IMG/VR virus record: IMGVR_UViG_3300028569_002824
Coordinates: 1 to 64,000 of that record
From: a virus
Strand: one strand, 5' to 3'
Length of the DNA stretch: 64,000 bases
Shown one piece after another: positions 61,511-64,000 of the stretch. Positions within the stretch are counted from its first letter, which is position 1, and each line of letters opens with the position of its first letter. A program made the position numbers and the translations under genes. Below the pieces are notes generated by a model. It had not been told where the DNA came from, searched no databases, and saw only the letters and a list, made by a program, of their open reading frames with translations.

Positions 61511-61554
61511 ATAGTATAATAATAATTTGAGTTGTCAATACAGCAGTTTTAAAA

Positions 61555-61996
61555 TGGTGGAGGTGAGGGGATTCGAACCCCTGTTTTTATAATCTCTGCT
61601 AAAAGATACTACATGCTTTAATGAATTTGACATTTGTTGACTAAAGGCTGTCTTGGCTCATTGACCATGCTTTTTAAGTCTGCCTGTATGTGTGAATAAA
61701 GATCACATACTACCTATGACTAGTTTTACCGCGTTAGTCATCTCACGCAAGAACCTCTGCGTTTCAAAATACTTTTAGAGGATCCAGTATTAGGCTCTTA
61801 AGCTTCGAGAGAATAAGCTTCATCAGCGGTAACGAGAAACTCGCTAGCGTTGTTAAAGATATACTCCGCCTCAGCAAAGAGGTCAGAATTATCAAGTTCT
61901 GCATTTAGGTTTTTAATAGATGTTTAAAGAGGCCAACTATTATCCTCTACATGCACTTTTAGTTTTTAATTATAAATCGAAAACCAGTACACCCCC
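61555..61996 (-). ncRNA. ssrA: tmRNA (442 nt)
   Basis: 5' GGGGGTG pairs with 3' CACCTCC-ACCA (G3-U alanine determinant); T-arm AGGGGTTCGAATCCCCT; internal tag ORF at 61902-61798. Confidence 0.92.
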
Positions 61997-62000
61997 AAAA

Positions 62001-62046
62001 TTTCAAAGATCTGTTTTTATTGTATTACTTAATCTAAAACTGTCAA
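62001..62046 (-). promoter_or_regulatory. Sigma70-type promoter plus a boxA-like element for the tmRNA
   Basis: TTGACA-N16-TACAAT, then AGATCTTTGAAA before the mature 5' end. Confidence 0.7.
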
Positions 62047-62055
62047 CAGCTAATG

Positions 62056-62538
62056 TTATTGGACGTGAGTTGGAATGTGTAATTGCAAAATAGTATCATC
62101 ACCATATTTCTCAAATGCTTCGTCAACATCCTTATTGTGTGCAGTTATGGCGTCATCAATAACAGAAAGCGTTTCACTTAAATCGCTTACTGATGGATGG
62201 CTCGTGCTAAACAATGACTCGATTCCGCATCTGTTTATTAATAATTCCTCTAAGAAGGAGCTAGTGTGTTCATCGAATTCAAAATTCCACCCAATTACAA
62301 TCGGCCATTCACCTACTCCTCTCCACGAACACTGCAAGCTAACCAGCCGCGGAATATTTACGTTTATTGGACGTTGAGTATCCATCAATAGATTACTTCT
62401 GGACTTCTGTAACGTCGTAACAAGAGCGGTAAATTCTGGGTTTTGCTCTTCAAGCACACGAACTTCTTGTTGTATACAGGCTATTTGCGCAGCTAACTCT
62501 TCGAGTTGTTTTTGCTTCTGTAGTATATTTAACTGCAT
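62056..62538 (-). CDS. Hypothetical protein with an N-terminal coiled coil
   Basis: 160-aa ORF. Confidence 0.6.
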   Translation of the reverse strand: MQLNILQKQKQLEELAAQIACIQQEVRVLEEQNPEFTALVTTLQKSRSNLLMDTQRPINVNIPRLVSLQCSWRGVGEWPIVIGWNFEFDEHTSSFLEELLINRCGIESLFSTSHPSVSDLSETLSVIDDAITAHNKDVDEAFEKYGDDTILQLHIPTHVQ

Positions 62539-62607
62539 ATCTTGATCATTGCTTATAGCAAAACTACAAAAAATTCAACTGGTACACACAAAACATTAAA
62601 TAACATT

Positions 62608-63159
62608 ATGAAGTTTATTGATACATTACTAGCAAATAGCTCTCAACAAGAAGCAAAATTATACGGACCCTCAGAAAAAGCTGCTGTTAAACCTGATACA
62701 GGAATAACAATACAAAATCCTGGAGCATTTCATGTAATAAAAGATTGTGCAAGACTTGCTCATGGTTATATTCCGTTGTTTGTATTCGAATACTTTCCAT
62801 CTCCATTTGATACATTAAAAGGAAAATTTACAAAGGAAGATATAATAGAATTAGTTGACGCAGCAAAAACAGATGTGTTTATAAAACATTTAATAACAGT
62901 TATTGTGATTAAAGCCGCTCAAATATTTCCAGAAGTCATCTTAAACTCTTCTGGTAGTTATGTGCCACCACCGGTTCCAGCACCGTTAGATTACATTCCT
63001 TTTAATCAAACCGATAATGTTAATTTAGACGAAATTCATGATCCGTACGGAGAATATAGTGTAAGCGAACAGAAGACCGTTTCTATAGGAACTCCAGAGG
63101 TATTGGACAATACACAAGCTAATATAGCTCTTTTAGTGAGAGCGTTTGATTGCAAATAA
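62608..63159 (+). CDS. Late hypothetical protein (start at 62608)
   Basis: TAAATA at 62597-62602, 5 nt before the ATG. Confidence 0.65.
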   Translation: MKFIDTLLANSSQQEAKLYGPSEKAAVKPDTGITIQNPGAFHVIKDCARLAHGYIPLFVFEYFPSPFDTLKGKFTKEDIIELVDAAKTDVFIKHLITVIVIKAAQIFPEVILNSSGSYVPPPVPAPLDYIPFNQTDNVNLDEIHDPYGEYSVSEQKTVSIGTPEVLDNTQANIALLVRAFDCK

Positions 63160-63852
63160 TCAGGGTTGCAACTTATTATAACCAAACAATGTAAAATCGT
63201 CGTGGTAAAGATCATTAATCAGTTTTATTGATTCGCTGTCAAGAAAATTAAAATAGTTAGGAGATTCCCTTTGATGTTTTACTGGGTGACTTTGATTCCA
63301 AAAACGATTAAATTTGGAAAACACACACTCAAGTTGTCGCAAGCTATCTGTTAATGCTTCGGTTTTTAATACAATAAACCGATCATCGATTGTGTTTTGT
63401 TGATTTAATAAAAATACATATTGAGGGAAAACATGATATGCTCCCCAATTTGGTGTTTTAAGCAATATACGTAATTGTTTGTTTATTACGTCAACTGAAT
63501 CTGTAGGAACCGCACTTTTTCTCCAAAATAACTCACTAATAGCTCGATTGTATGGGTTTCTAACAACACTTAAAAATAGATCTACCTCGTCAATTTTTAC
63601 GTCAAGTTGCTTTTCGTGGGTAATGATTGTATTAAATGACTGATGCTGTGAATGAATTTTTTTTAAATTACAATCTGAAAACTCACGTCTTTCTGAAAGG
63701 GGCGTTCCGGCCGGAGTAAATAAAGTCTCTGTGTATTTGCCTGTACTTCTTATGTGAGACTCAATAGAAGTTCCTCCTGTTTTTGGAATATGTATAAATA
63801 ATATTTTATTAAACTTAACATCAGAGTCAGCAATTGACGTATAACAAGGCAT
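63160..63852 (-). CDS. Sulfotransferase family 2 protein
   Basis: FIHIPKTGGTS (PAPS loop), VRNPYNRAIS, YHDDFTLFGY. Confidence 0.85.
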   Translation of the reverse strand: MPCYTSIADSDVKFNKILFIHIPKTGGTSIESHIRSTGKYTETLFTPAGTPLSERREFSDCNLKKIHSQHQSFNTIITHEKQLDVKIDEVDLFLSVVRNPYNRAISELFWRKSAVPTDSVDVINKQLRILLKTPNWGAYHVFPQYVFLLNQQNTIDDRFIVLKTEALTDSLRQLECVFSKFNRFWNQSHPVKHQRESPNYFNFLDSESIKLINDLYHDDFTLFGYNKLQP

Positions 63853-64000
63853 ACTTTATTTACCACCCCTCATCAAACCATCCAGCTTCTTTTCCGTTCT
63901 CCAAGCACGGTGAACACACAGCATATTGATTATTATTTATTAATGAGCCGCACATTGTGCATAGAGTATCATGCTTCGTGGAGTTCTGTTGTTGTGTGTG

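Noticed and set aside
61555-61590. Standalone tRNA
   Set aside because: Only the T-arm and acceptor 3' half are here. The pairing 5' strand is ~440 nt away with a tag ORF between, so it is a tmRNA.

Overview
A 64 kb AT-rich segment of a large T4-like (myovirus, probably jumbo) phage genome. It is densely coded in the standard code and mostly on the minus strand. Core phage genes: tail sheath/tube/gp3-like, large terminase, DNA polymerase B, sliding clamp, gp32 SSB, UvsX/UvsY/UvsW, gp46/47, gp55 late sigma, primase. Accessory genes: a dnaK-groES-groEL operon that looks Verrucomicrobia-like, folE2/queD/queE, a glycosyltransferase/methyltransferase island, a sulfotransferase, a MoxR-VWA pair and a tmRNA. 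Highlights: (1) an unannotated ~320-nt structured minus-strand RNA candidate at 47.2-47.5 kb with three repeated GC(U)AUUUGC hairpins; (2) a lysis cassette (u-spanin-like protein, mini membrane peptide, holin, endolysin) that continues into an output-less PAS-PAS sensor; (3) a gp41 helicase fractured by a split intein with a free-standing Vsr-like endonuclease; (4) a tmRNA with a 34-aa acidic tag ending LEA; (5) many late genes, including the MoxR/VWA pair, with T4 capsid-targeting-like N-termini; (6) two promoter classes sitting a few nt upstream of start codons (leaderless mRNAs). All assignments come from motif reading only; no searches were run.
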